Shown here one piece after another: positions 11,501-23,400 of a stretch of DNA of 64,000 bases. Where the stretch lies: assembly GCA_000708835.1 (NCBI GenBank), contig DF237379.1, positions 15,213 through 79,212 of the forward strand, in the 5' to 3' direction. Each line of letters starts with the position of its first letter. Position 1 is the stretch's first letter. The translations under genes and the position numbers were made by a program. The notes below the pieces were generated by a model. It saw only the letters and a program-made list of their open reading frames with translations. It did no database searches and was not told the origin of the DNA. The stretch comes from Klebsormidium nitens. Taxonomy: Eukaryota; Plantae; Klebsormidiophyceae.

Positions 11501-14500
11501 CAGAACTTTTCCGCTGCGCTGAATCCTGAGCCAGCCATAAGCCCTCACCTTCAAGCGCAGAGACGCGTTGTCCTCGACGAGCTTCGCCTCGTCATGTGAC
11601 GCCCTCTGACTAGCTTGCGCTGCCGAAACAGCGCCCACCAAGCCCTGTTTGCTAGGCGTCCCCTCCTCCCCAGTCGGACGCTTATCGCTCCACACCCGCG
11701 CCTGTCCGGAGTCCGAACTCTGCCGCTCCCCGGGACTTAACCGGGCGCTTTCATACGGCGGCGGAACCGTTGACCCTGCGTTCTGCCCCGCTAACCCGTC
11801 ATTAACCGCCCCAGCTAACGCCCCAACCGACTCCCCGACCGTAGTTCCAGTGTGCATTCCCACAGTTTCAGATTCTCTCGTCGCTTCCCTGCTTCCGAAA
11901 GGTGCCGTCCCAATCCTTTCGCTCGTTGAACTGAATCCTCCGTGCTCGACGCTAATTGTCCTTTCTTCCCCAAAAGGCCCCTGCCTTTCTTCCAGCAAGC
12001 GGACCTTTTCTCTCAGTCTTGCAATCTCCGCCTCGAGCGTCCGCCGAACGCTTTCCGCCTGACGCCCGTTTCCGGACGGCGCCGCCTGCACGCCCGTCCG
12101 AACTCGTTCTTCCGTCCCACTTCCTGCGTGCTTACCCAAGACGTTAGCCCCTGGCCCCTCCATTTCCGAGCGTCTCTCGTTCTTATGGACTTGAACCCCT
12201 CGTGGCTGATCAAACCCCCGCGCATCTTCGGACACCTCCGGACCGTCACTCTCTCTCCGTCCGTCCGACAACACCCGTTCCTCAGACCCCTCCAACGATC
12301 TCTCCGACCCGTCACTCGCCGCAACCGTTCCTTCCGACTCAAAATTCCGTTCCTTATTTGCCTCCGCTTCTCTCTCCGTTGACCTTTCCCAGCGAGCGCT
12401 TTCTTCTCCCGCCATACTGTACTGCTCCAGGATATCCTGAACCTCTGCGATCATCTTCTCCTTCTGAACCGCGTCCCAATCCCCCTCCGATTTTCCCCCC
12501 ACCTCTAGTTCCAAACGCTCCACCTTCTGCGTCAAAGCATCTACCTGCTCCTGTTTGGCCCTCAGGAGAAAGTCGCCTTGACTTCCTATCACCTCCATGC
12601 CCGCATGGCTCCTCGCCAGCTCTAGTTGCAACAACTCCTTCTCATCTAGTAGCTTCTTTACAGTGCCTTCCAACTCCCCTACCTTCTCCTCTTGCTCGTT
12701 CAACAAAACCGTCAACCGCTGAACCTCCGCCCCCCGCGCCTGGGATTCATCGACCAGTCTGCGCGTATCTTCATTCAGCGCCTGTGCAAAACTCTCTCTC
12801 TCGTCAATCAACTCCAGCACTTTTCCGTTCAACCGCTCAACCCTGGTCTCTTCCCTCCTCATCGCGTGCTCTGTCTCCGCTTCTCGCGCCTTTGCTTGGT
12901 CTTCGAACCGCCTCTTCTCTCCCCGCAGTTTGTCATTCTCAATCCACAACCCTCTCACCGATTCGCTCCCCCGCTCTCCACATTCCGGACACTCTTCGAT
13001 CCCTTCTGACGTTTTAGCTCCTGACTGTCCCACCTCTACCCGCTTCTCGAACCCTCTCTTATTTCTCCCGAATTCTTCTCCGCCCCTTTCGGACGGCCCC
13101 TCACTCTTGTCTGTCGCTCGCAACCGCTGTCGAACGCTTTCGGACAGCTCTCTCTCGTTCCACAGCTGCTGCTTAAGCTCCCGCACTTCGTTCTCCAGCC
13201 GTCCGATCACTTCGTCCCCTGTCCGGACTCCATTCTCCAGCCGTCCGATCGTTTCCTCCTGCGTCCGAAGGGTCCGAACTGCGGTTTCGAGCCGTTCGAT
13301 CGTGTCGTCCCGCGTCCGCACTTCGTTTTCTAGCTGTTCCATCGTCTCCGTCCGCGTCCGAACCTCGTTCTCCAGCCGTCCGATTGTATCTTCTCGCGTC
13401 CGAAGCGTACGAGCCCTCTCCTCCGTCCGATTTCGGTATTCAGCGTCCTCCCGAGCCCGTTCCGCAGCTGCCACGTGCATGTGCTCCGCAAGACCCGCTA
13501 ACTCTTCCTGGATCTCCGCCTTGTAATGCGCCAGACTTGACTCTTGCTCGCGCAATCGGGACTCGAGGTCTGCGACCTGTAAGCAGGAGAGAAGAAGGTT
13601 ACTTGCTTTTCTAGCCAGCTTTCATCTTCCCGTGATTTCTCTTTGTTTGAAATGGTCAATTCCGCTGGGAAATGCCGGCAGGCCAGTGAACAGTCGGAAT
13701 TGTGCAGAAAAGATGACCTCGACAAGTAGCCTGCCTTACCGTACGAGGACGAGAAGTAACCAGGCTTGTTGTTGCAGCGACCAGAGGAAGATCCTTTATG
13801 CTACGAAGGGCCAGAGAACGGTGCTGCCTTAAAGAGGTCTGTGCGCTAATCCGTCAGCTACTCTGCGTCCTTCGTCAAGCAGAGAGACCGTTGCTTTCAG
13901 CCTGCCAGGATTCTCCTGCTTTCTCCGTTGAGCAAAGCAGCGAAACGAAGAAGCAAATGAAGCGTAAGAGCACATCCTCTTTCCTACGGAACTCAGAACG
14001 GGACAGACGTTCCTCTTCGAGCAACTCCCCGATCGTCCCTACTCATTGTCGTGATGATGACGCCCGTTACAAGAAAGGGTATCCGTCCCACCCGTTTCAT
14101 GTAGTCCACCTTTACTCTTTCCAAATCCACCACCTGCGCTCGAAGCCCCCGTGCATCTTCAACCGCCTTCCCTTTCTCCACTCTCACCCCTTCCAACGCT
14201 TTCAATTCCACTAGGAGCACCCTTTCTCTCGCCAACGCTTCGTCTCTCTCCCTTTTCACCCCTTCCAACTCCCTCTTTTCCGCCACCAAATTGCCAATCT
14301 TCTCTAGTGCATGATCCCGCTCCGCAACCAAATTTTCAAAGTGCGCATGCCATTCTTCCAGCTCTCGACTCATTTGAGCCGTCCGTTCCTCCAGCCGCCT
14401 GCCCATCTCAGCCGTCCGTTCCTCCAGCTCGCGGCCCATCTCAGCCGTCCGTTCCATCGCCTCTTCGACCTCGTCTGCTTCCCGCTCAAACTCGCGCATC

Positions 14501-17500
14501 ACCGCCCGACAGCTTTTTGAAACCTCCTCGGAACTCTTTCCCTTCCCTCTCCCCGCTCTCAATCCTTCCCCGCCTGGCAGAGCTCGGCTGACGTCATCTT
14601 GACTCTCAACGTTGGAGGCTTTCAGAGTCCGGAGACGGGTCCGCTGGAGTTCGAACGTCCGTTCAAGCAGCCTGTCGGACAGCTCCCTGAGAGATTCGGA
14701 CAACGATTCGACACGTGCCTCGGCGGCGTGAAACTCGTTCCGGCGCTTCTCATGGTCCGCGTCTAGTTGCTCCTGGAGGCGCTCCCGCTCCATCTGCAAG
14801 AGGTCGTCATGATGACGTCAGCGCGGTCGGAGCTCACTCCCGTACTTCACGACCCTGTGCAAAGTGCGTCCAGTCGACTGGAGCAGCACGTTGCTCGTGT
14901 CCTAGTGCACCTAGAGGCACTCCCATTCCATCTGCAACAAGTGTTGTCAGGCCGACGTCAGCAACGTCGTCTCACTTCCAGAGGTTCGATCTAGCTCTAC
15001 CAGTGACAACACAACGATTACGGCTTCTTGTCATCGAACTAGAACGTATTGCCGATGTTCGTTCCTTGGTCGTCGAGAAGAGCAGGTTGATCATGTTCCT
15101 GTGTGTGCAGGTGTTGCAAGGCTTCTGATTTATTGGTTTGCATTGCGGTTAGTCCCAACCGTACCTGGTGCGCTTGCTCCCGCCCCCGCAGCCCCTCGAT
15201 CTTCTGCGCACCCTGACCATTTGCTTCTTTCAAAAAGTCGACGACTCCTACACCCCTGGTCAAAGCGCTCAATGTGATGACTAGCTTTATCGCTAAGTTG
15301 ACCCTTCTTAACCTCCTGGTCAAACGGCTTGACACATGGTCTGCTTTCAAGAACACCTGGTGAGCCAGCTGAGCCGCCCGCAGCTCCTCATTCCCCCGCT
15401 GCATCTCCACCATCTGCTACGCAAACGCTGACAGCCTGCTTCCTATTCTTTTGGGTTCAGGAGTGACAGCGTGGTTAGGTCTTACACACTGCGCCAGCTG
15501 TCCCGCCTGCAGCCCCTCGTTTCTCCGCTGCACCCCAACCATCTGCTTCACAAAGGCGCACAGCCTGCTTCCTGTTTTTCTGTGTTAAGGATTGACAGCA
15601 TGGTTAGCGTCCAAACCTACCTGATGAGCTTTCTCCCGCCCCCGCAGCTCCTCGTTCTCCCGCTGCACGCCGACCATCTGCTTCACATATGCCGACAGCC
15701 GCGCCTCGTACGCGGCTGCCGCACGGACTTCCCGCTCGCTCTGCTGGTTCCGCAGGGCCTCGACTTGCTCCAAAGCCCTCCTCACCTGCAGGCACATCAA
15801 ACTGCTTTAAATCCAAAAAAGAGAACGAGGCTTGCCAGATTGGGTTGGAATTTAGCCGAGATTGGTTTCGCAGAGGACCGCGGCCTTATCCAATCGCCAA
15901 AGTATTACTGCCAGCCTCCTGTGGACAGCAATCTCATCGTTACTTATGCTGGTCGATCGAATTTGAAAGTTCCGGTAGGCAAAGCACGTGTATCCCGCCC
16001 TGCAACTTCAAAGTCACCGTCCCCATACGTCCACTTGAACCCGCTATCTTGTTCTTAAGCACCAGATCTCTGGTATTTGACCTTGCCACCAGAAAAAAAA
16101 GCTCACCTGCTGCTGCAGCTCTTCGCACTGGGTCCGGTATGCCGCCTCCCGCACCCGCAACTCTTCCACAGTCGAGACGCGCCTTCCCGGTTCGGACCCG
16201 TCAGCGTCCGAACGGTCTGAATGATCCAAATCGTCCAACGGACCCGCCTCGTGAACAGCGCCCAAATCCGGTGCCGACGACGATGCACGTCGTCCTGGCG
16301 TTTTTTTGGACGATTCAGCGGACGGGCGTAAACCGTCGGCTCCGCTGACCGACTCCGTTGCAGAAGTCCCTGAAGATTCAGAGTCCCCGTCCTCATTCCC
16401 TCGCGAGTCCGCCGCTTTTGCTTCTGGCGATCCTCGGACGCTGCTTTTGCTGGTTCGGACCCCAACTTCTCTCATAGAAATACTCTCTTCACCCTTTTGG
16501 ACGACCCTTCCACCTGATCGGACACTCTCTTCATCTGTCCGGACTCCTTGTTTGCATAATCGGACGCCCTCTTCTCGTGTTCGGCGGCCCGCAGACTCTC
16601 CCGCCGACTCGTCCTCCGTTCGCACCTCATTCCCCCACAAAAACCCCCACCCCTCATCCCACCGATCCCCATTCACACCATCCTTCTCCCTCAGCCTCCG
16701 GACAGACTCTTCCACAATCGCCGACAGCGCCTCGATCTGCGCGCTCGCAATCGCCGCCGCCTCGGCGCCCTTTCTCTCCACCTCTAGTTTCTCTTCCCGG
16801 GTCACCTGGAGCTCCAGCTCCAGCCGCGCCACCGTTTCCAGCGCCGCTCGCTCGCCTTCCATTACCGCCGTCAACAGCAGCTTCGCCTCCTCTAGTTGCT
16901 CCGCCTTCACCTGGGCCACCTCTTCCCAGCTACCAGGGCTCCGCGGTCTCAAATCCTCTGAAAAAGTCGCATCGTCCAAGACTTCCGACGCTTTGCCCGA
17001 GCCCGTGACACCTGCATTTTGCGGCTCCGCAGCAGCTGTTCGTTCTGCTGGCATCTCCCCGTTGCTGACCGCCCCACTCTTGTCGGTTCCGCTGTTCGAT
17101 AGGACTCTATTCAGAGCCACAAAAGCTTCGTCTTCTGAAACCGTTGGCGCTTTCTGAGAGCGCCGCCGCAGAGGCGTGCTGTCCTGCGAGTTCGACTCAC
17201 TCTCCGTTTCCCAATCGCTCGTGTCCGATTCCGTCCGATTACTCTCTCTTCCTGCCCGGCCCACTTTCGGATGCCTTCCGAAAGTTGGTTCCCCGAAGTC
17301 TGCAGAAAGCAACGGCCCGCACTCCCGCAACTTCTGGACGGTTTCCTGTTCGCGCTCGATGCTCAGGGCCAGCTCCGCTTCGAGTGCCCTGATTCTGCCC
17401 CCTGTTTCTCGCGCAAGCAGAGAATTGTTTTCCGCAGACGACGCTTCACTGGACGCCAGCGGAGCCTGGGAAAAGAGTGCGCACGATGGGTTACGCTAGG

Positions 17501-19050
17501 CGATGTAAGAAGGACACTGATCGTATAAAAGTTCGGCAGCACAGGGAAGGTGTCCTACTACTGACAAGGGCGTATAATAGTAGGGGGCTTCAAGCAGCCA
17601 ATTTCAGCTGTCTCGGGCTGAAGTAACAACAACTGGAAGAATCACAGGCATGTCAAGGCTGGCAAACCTCGCTCAAGAGGAACACTGCTTTGTGAGAAGG
17701 GTAAAGCAGCGCTGGAATTCCTACAGAAAACGTTCTTTATTCCCAGGAGACCACTGTAGAGGCACAAGTCTCCAACATCAAAAGCAATTGATAAAAGGTT
17801 TGCAGGTGCTTTCACTGATAGTGCGCCTCGATCAGTCAGCTCCGAAGATACCCTCCCTCAAGAAGTGCAGCCTGCACTGCGTGTGGCCGTTGTATCTAAC
17901 CGAACCCACATAATCCGTCGACATGGATCAGAACTCAAACTCTAGTTAGCGAGTGGTGACTCCGATCGAGTCCCCAAAGCATCAGTACTTTGACAATAGT
18001 ACTTTGAATTACGCAAACCAGACTCCAAACGATCAGAAGCATCTGACTTGCTGAATCTCTCGTTTCATCTCCGCCGACATGATTATAATCACTCGTTTCT
18101 TCTCCGCCGAGATGTAATCATGAGTCTTGCTGACCATTACATGAAGGTTTTCGATTCAGCTTACCTGACCACTGTCGTCATTCAGCGTCCTTCGAACAGA
18201 GCCCTCGTCCTCCGCTGACTGCTCGTAAGAGGTGGTCGTCGGCGCTACTCGGCCTGCTCTCTCATCTTCTCTCGCCTCCAGTTCGGCGATGCGCAGCTGC
18301 GACCGCCGCTGATGCTGCCAGCCCCGCTCTTGCACTCCATCCACCTAAAGAAGTATTCGGCGAGTTGCAACAAGAACAAAGAAGGCAAGGCTGCTCAATG
18401 GTGACTTCTAATGGAACAGCCTTCATCTTTTCGCTCTGCGGCTCAGGTAACAACCTAAGAAAACCAGATGTTTAGACTGTATCTGTTAGGAAGTGTTGGA
18501 AAAAAGGTTTACATCAAAATGAGGGAACTTCGTGGGCTGCAATCCTCTCGTCTGAGTAGGACTAGGGAGGATCGGAGGGCTACTCACCATGCGAGATGAT
18601 AGTGCGGTCTTTGTCAAAATGGGTTCACTGGAGCCATGAGCTGAGACCATGCTATAACGGCCTGAGTTTTGAGAAGCAGAGGTGAAAAAAGGAAGGGGGC
18701 CCTAAAGAGCTTGCCTTTTACCCCCAAGTTAGCCCCCGGAGTTTACCCCCCAAGACCCTAATACACTCCACTATGATGTTCAACAATCTTCATTCAGAGC
18801 TTAAAGTGTAAGGGCAGCGGGTTCCAAATCATCCGAAAGAATTCCCCATCAGGATCACTTCCCACCAGACTCTCGGTCTCCTAAAACTCAGGAATTCATG
18901 AATTGATTTATTTAGGAACAAACAAGTTTCCAAAACCTTTGGACTCACCTCCGCTTCTGTTATCAGTGACTCTACTAGCTCGCGGTATGCCCTGCCACTG
19001 GCATCGCGGGGTCCTCTCAGAGCCGCAGCAAGGGCCTCGCCTGACATCAT
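8551..19050 (-). CDS. Very large (about 1900 aa) coiled-coil/low-complexity protein of unknown function; 9 exons
   Basis: Phase-0 exons at approximately 19050-18946, 18345-18166, 17466-16107, 15786-15619, 14793-14092, 13577-11549, 11060-10977, 10483-10290 and 9562-8551 join the long E/R/L-rich heptad ORFs (16044-17330, 13993-14799, 11324-13555, 10064-10576) to an S/R/P-rich tail. The start codon is uncertain. Confidence 0.75.
11068..11181. repeat. 57-bp tandem repeat, 2 copies, intronic
   Basis: ggtaagtcacaacac(a/g)aataaggtgaggttgtttat(g/a)ggacccagccagagcaagaa at 11068 and 11125. Confidence 0.9.
13190..13400 (-). repeat. Coding 42-bp (14-aa) tandem repeats, TIGRLENEVRTxxE type, about 5 copies
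   Basis: Protein repeat EDTIGRLENEVRTR/TETMEQLENEVRTR/DDTIERLETAVRT.../EETIGRLENGVRTG/DEVIGRLENEVRE. Confidence 0.8.
14375..14460 (-). repeat. Coding 33-bp (11-aa) tandem repeats, ERTAEMGRELE, 3 copies
   Basis: cagccgtccgttcc units recur every 33 bp. Confidence 0.8.
15160..15565 (-). repeat. Three degenerate intronic copies of the 3' end and donor of exon 15786-15619
   Basis: Copies near 15490-15565, 15355-15440 and 15160-15240 translate as MVGVQRRNEGLQAGQLAQ, MVEMQRGNEELRAAQLAHQ|gt and a frameshifted ...LRGREQAHQ|gt. The real exon reads KQMVGVQRENEELRGREKAHQ|gt. Confidence 0.7.
18721..18758 (-). other. Potential G-quadruplex on the transcribed (minus) strand, within a 5' intron of the coiled-coil gene
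   Basis: GGG-tctt-GGGGGG-taaactcc-GGGGG-ctaactt-GGGGG. Confidence 0.4.
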
Positions 19051-20440
19051 CGCTCACATTCTTGCTGACATCATCTGATTCGTGACAGACTGCTTTTGAC
19101 CTCGAGAGATTTTCGTTTTACACCTAGGCAAACCTGCAGGTCAAGCAACTTCTCATGTTATGAACTGGAGGGCAAAAGTATCCGGTCATCTACAAGAAGG
19201 TCGCCCAGTTCTGAGAACAAAAAGCAAGATAAGGCTTCATGGTGACAGTTTCAGAAGCAGGAGGCAGGTAGCCTCTCGTTGATCAGTGAGGGGGGTAGAT
19301 GAAAGGAAAAAAGTTGCAGCAAGAAGGGTACTGTATGACTGTCTTGATGGGCCCCTGAAGGTAGATGCAACCAGACGCTGTTGATCCGCTCAAAGAAAGG
19401 ACTGAAGTGAAAGGCAACTATCTAGAAGGGGCACTCAAAAGCAGGGGCTACAATTGCGTTTGGTGAGCAGTCTGTGAAGAGACACGCCATGATCAAGTCA
19501 GTGCTGCCACCACATTCGGTAGACCCGACACGATCCTGTAAGCACCTAGCTTCGAGGAAGGAACTACCGCAGGCAGTAGCATAGTTTGTCCGCTCCTTCC
19601 CCCTCAGATTTTACCACACTATCCTCTCCAATATTACTACCTTTCAAAGCCCCAAAATGGCATCGGTTCCCAGGTGGTGTAGCATCTCAACCGCGATCGC
19701 CCATATTACCAATGCATTTGAGGCTGTGAAAAGGCCAAAAGGCAATGCCCTTCAAGTTGAAGGCTTGGGAAATATGTAGCTAGATTCCCGCAGTCAAGAA
19801 AATTCAGCAACGCGAGCTTGCTTGCAACTGACCTGCCAGCCCTCAAGGCAGCCAGACACCAACGTGACCAAGGACAGTTGCAACTTGCACCTGGCCCAGG
19901 ATCTTTTCAAAGGGGTTAGCACAGTCTAAAGTAGCTAGCCCACTGTGCAGGCAACCTGATGTCATATATGTAATACCTGTTGAGGGATTTTTGATCAGGA
20001 CCTTTGCCTATCTAGGTAGCCCAATGGGATACTAGATAGGTAGCCTGCTCAGGCTGTGCCTAAATGTGCCATGTGCGGAACGGTTCCGCCGGAACTGCCG
20101 GAACTACTTCTAAGTCAAACCCCGATCCTAAACCTCCCGCCCCATACCTCCGTAGCGGCCGGCCGCGAGCCTTGCCGCCGGCCAGTACACCAGTCTATAG
20201 TGCCAGCATTGAACTTTTGCGCAAGTTGGTCCATTTGCCAGCTCGGATCTGACCATTAATTGCGCCTGCGCCTGCGCGACTACAGTAGCTTGGGGCACGT
20301 TGGAGGGTGGCCTCTTGAAGTCAGTTGCTTTATTCTCAGGTCTTCGAACTTAAGCAGAACGTTTCCTAATAGGAGCTCGAGCTGACAATCAGGACACTTG
20401 GAGACGGCTCTCCAAGCTCGACCTCCAAACCCCGAGACAA

Positions 20441-23400
20441 ATGGAACCCCTTCCTCTCTTCCGGTACTTCGTGAAGATGCAGACGGCTCTCAAAAAGATT
20501 GTGCAAAGTGGTCTGCTTCTAGGAAGCATCAAAACCGACGGGGAGTTTGACACGCAATATGACTCCAGTACCTACAGCGAGAAAGAGCGCCTTCTGGCAG
20601 GCGCAGTCAGGAAGCTCTACGGAGGCCTTTCTGAGAAGAATGTTTTCTGCTGTGGAGGATCGGTCAAGCTGCCAGAACATGACCAAAAGTTTCTAATCGT
20701 GAAGCTTTTGGATGGGGACCCCTGTGGATGCGCGCTCTCGTCGTCTTTTGACAATGCCCAAACCGGTGAGTTTGACCAACTTCAAGAGGGGACTGTCAAG
20801 TCCTGCTAACAACGAAGGGGGAAATGTGGCTTAGATATATGATGAAAAGTCCACTGGCAACGTACAAAAGGAGAGCAACATCTAGATCCGATGTCTTCTC
20901 ATCTTCGCAGATTTCTCCCGCAAACGTTGTTCAAAAGCTAACAATTTTGCAAACTCATGCATGCTGTCAGTAGCTCATGCATGTTAAAGACTACAGCCGT
21001 AGTTTCATACGGAAGTAAACCCCTTTCGAAATTAATGCTTAAAAAGCTGCTGATTGCGTAGACTTCTCACCATTCGTTTAACTTCCAAAATGTTCACTCC
21101 CTGGGACCTGCAGTGCAAATCCTGCGCTTGCATATTTCTTTGCATGTGGCTTGGCAAAACCGGCAGACCTTCCGCATGAGTCAAGTTTTTCTGAAGAAGA
21201 TCAAGCCATAGACGCATTCATCTGGTAGTAGCTAACCTCTTGAGCTGGAGACACTGCTAAACGATGATAACTCACTGCGGATATTCAACTTACGGTGCAG
21301 GACCGAAGACTACTCTTGCTGAGAGTATTACGAACCTCATCCTCAAAAGTGTGATTGAGAAGAGCACCGTCGCAGGATTTGGAGACCTAAAAGAAGGAGC
21401 AAACGTGGTCGATTACACCATCAGAAAGGCTTGGGAAGCGTACTTTCACCTGGATTTTGACTATCCCAACAAGCCAGACAGCAGAAAGTATATTCCAGGA
21501 TTGTCGAGGGTAAGAAACTCAAGAATACGTTTAAGTTGAGTGTTTGGAACCATTTTAATTACGCTTTTGCTTTTGAACCTCAGTGTTTGAGCCTCTGTTC
21601 TTTCGTCTGCAACCCTTCTTGTTGACGGCACCAATAAGAATTCGGCTTAGCGGCTTGGAGGAGAGAGTGTCTCTTGTGTAGTGAGGGCAGGTTGCATGCC
21701 CCGGCCTCACGTGCTTCCGGCCCTCAAACAGGCCTTGAAAACTGCTTGTTTGCCTGACAGTCAATAGGAACTGCAAGAACAGCCTTCGATCGACGTTCCG
21801 CTGGGCCCCAGACTTTTGACGTGTTCTTCTCACACAGGTCAAAGAAAGCTCTAGATCTCCGAGAAAGGAGCTCAGACAAAGCAGAAAAGCACACTCTTTT
21901 CTGTAGAGATATCTTCACTCCGGCCTCAAAAGAGAAAAGTTTAAGGAAATTTACGAAGCTCCAGAGTTAAAAACTCAGCGCTTCACTCCAATGCTACTGT
22001 GAGGCCGCCACGCAAACGGGATTGCGCCGGCAGATCATACCTGCTGTCACAGCGGACCGTCAAAACAGTGCAGTGCATCTTTTCAGGAGGGTCTCGTCCA
22101 TATGGGACATGGGGGCCAAGATCGGCTGGATCGGTTAAAGGGGCGAGCAACGGTCGAAGCGGTCTCAGCAGAGCTACTAGAGACGAGCCAAAAGAAACGG
22201 AGCGCGGAGGATCCGGAGTACTACACAACGACCTTCACGGCCAGAGTAAGTGAAGTTAATAGCCGTCGTTAACCATCTTGGTAAGCTTTCCACATTCAAG
22301 CTTAATTGTAGGTCTGCTTCTTGTTCCGTCATATCGCTTTTTCAGTGATGCCAATATTGTCTGCAGAGTCATGTTGAATCATGAACCTGCTGCTTGAGTC
22401 TAACCTGCACACATATTTGAGAGTGCCTGTCGATTGGCAGAACTCTCGCAAGCCAGGTGACAAGAGGCTTGATCTTTCCGCAGGTCGCAGAAGAAGGTCG
22501 CTCCCTGAAGACAACGGTCACCGCGGGCAAGGTGAAGGAGCCCCAGAAGTCTAGAGTTTACCTCGCTTACTACGACAAGGATGCCCTAGAGCTATCTTAC
22601 GAGTGCGAATGCGGAGAAAGAGCGGCGAAGACCACCCCAACCTGGTGTGACCACGCCGTGGCCGTTCTCATCAAGATGGTTGACCCATACGCGGGCGAAG
22701 CGCGCCCGGAATTTCACTATCACAAGGTAGGGCTAAAGACGCTCCTTTTGAAAAGCAAGCAGCAGCGTTTGAATGCTGGCAAACGTCTCTTCAAACTCCT
22801 AACGCTAATGCATGCAAGGCATGGTTCTTAAGGAAGCCTTAAGCAGCTTTCATGAGCAATTGCGCTGCATTAAGACAACCAGCGACAATCTACCGACGCT
22901 CACTACATGAAGATCGTGGATCCAGAAAACCATCTTCAGTTTGAAGGCTCCCCAGAGCTTCTGATCTTTCGAGCGCGTCTACATCGCGCTTTCCTTCCAG
23001 TGGTCCAGGGGCTCTATAATTACGGCACAGACCTCACTTGAATCACCAAATCCGATAGAGATCACTCTCTTTTTGCAGGCTCTCTTTCTGCAACCCATCA
23101 TGGAGCACATCAAGGAGCGCATGAACCATGGCGCTCGAATCTCTCTCCTGCCTTACAAGATCAATGTCTATGGGGAGGGCGGCTTCTTCAAGCCCCACGT
23201 GGACTCCCCCCGCGACGTGGAGAACATGGTCGGGACGCTGGTGGTCTGCCTGCCGTCGGAGCACGAGGGCGGTGAGTCGCTACATGCGAGCAACTCCGGT
23301 GAAGATCGTCATGTCGTTCGCGGAATCGTATATAAGTGAATTACTTGCGTTCAAGGATTTGCATTAATTGGCGGACCGGAAACCTTAAACAGCCTGAAAG

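Noticed and set aside
11649-17157. Long plus-strand S/P-rich ORFs (e.g. 12202-13017, 12930-13526, 16306-17157)
   Set aside because: Reverse-strand shadows of the E/R-rich coiled-coil exons
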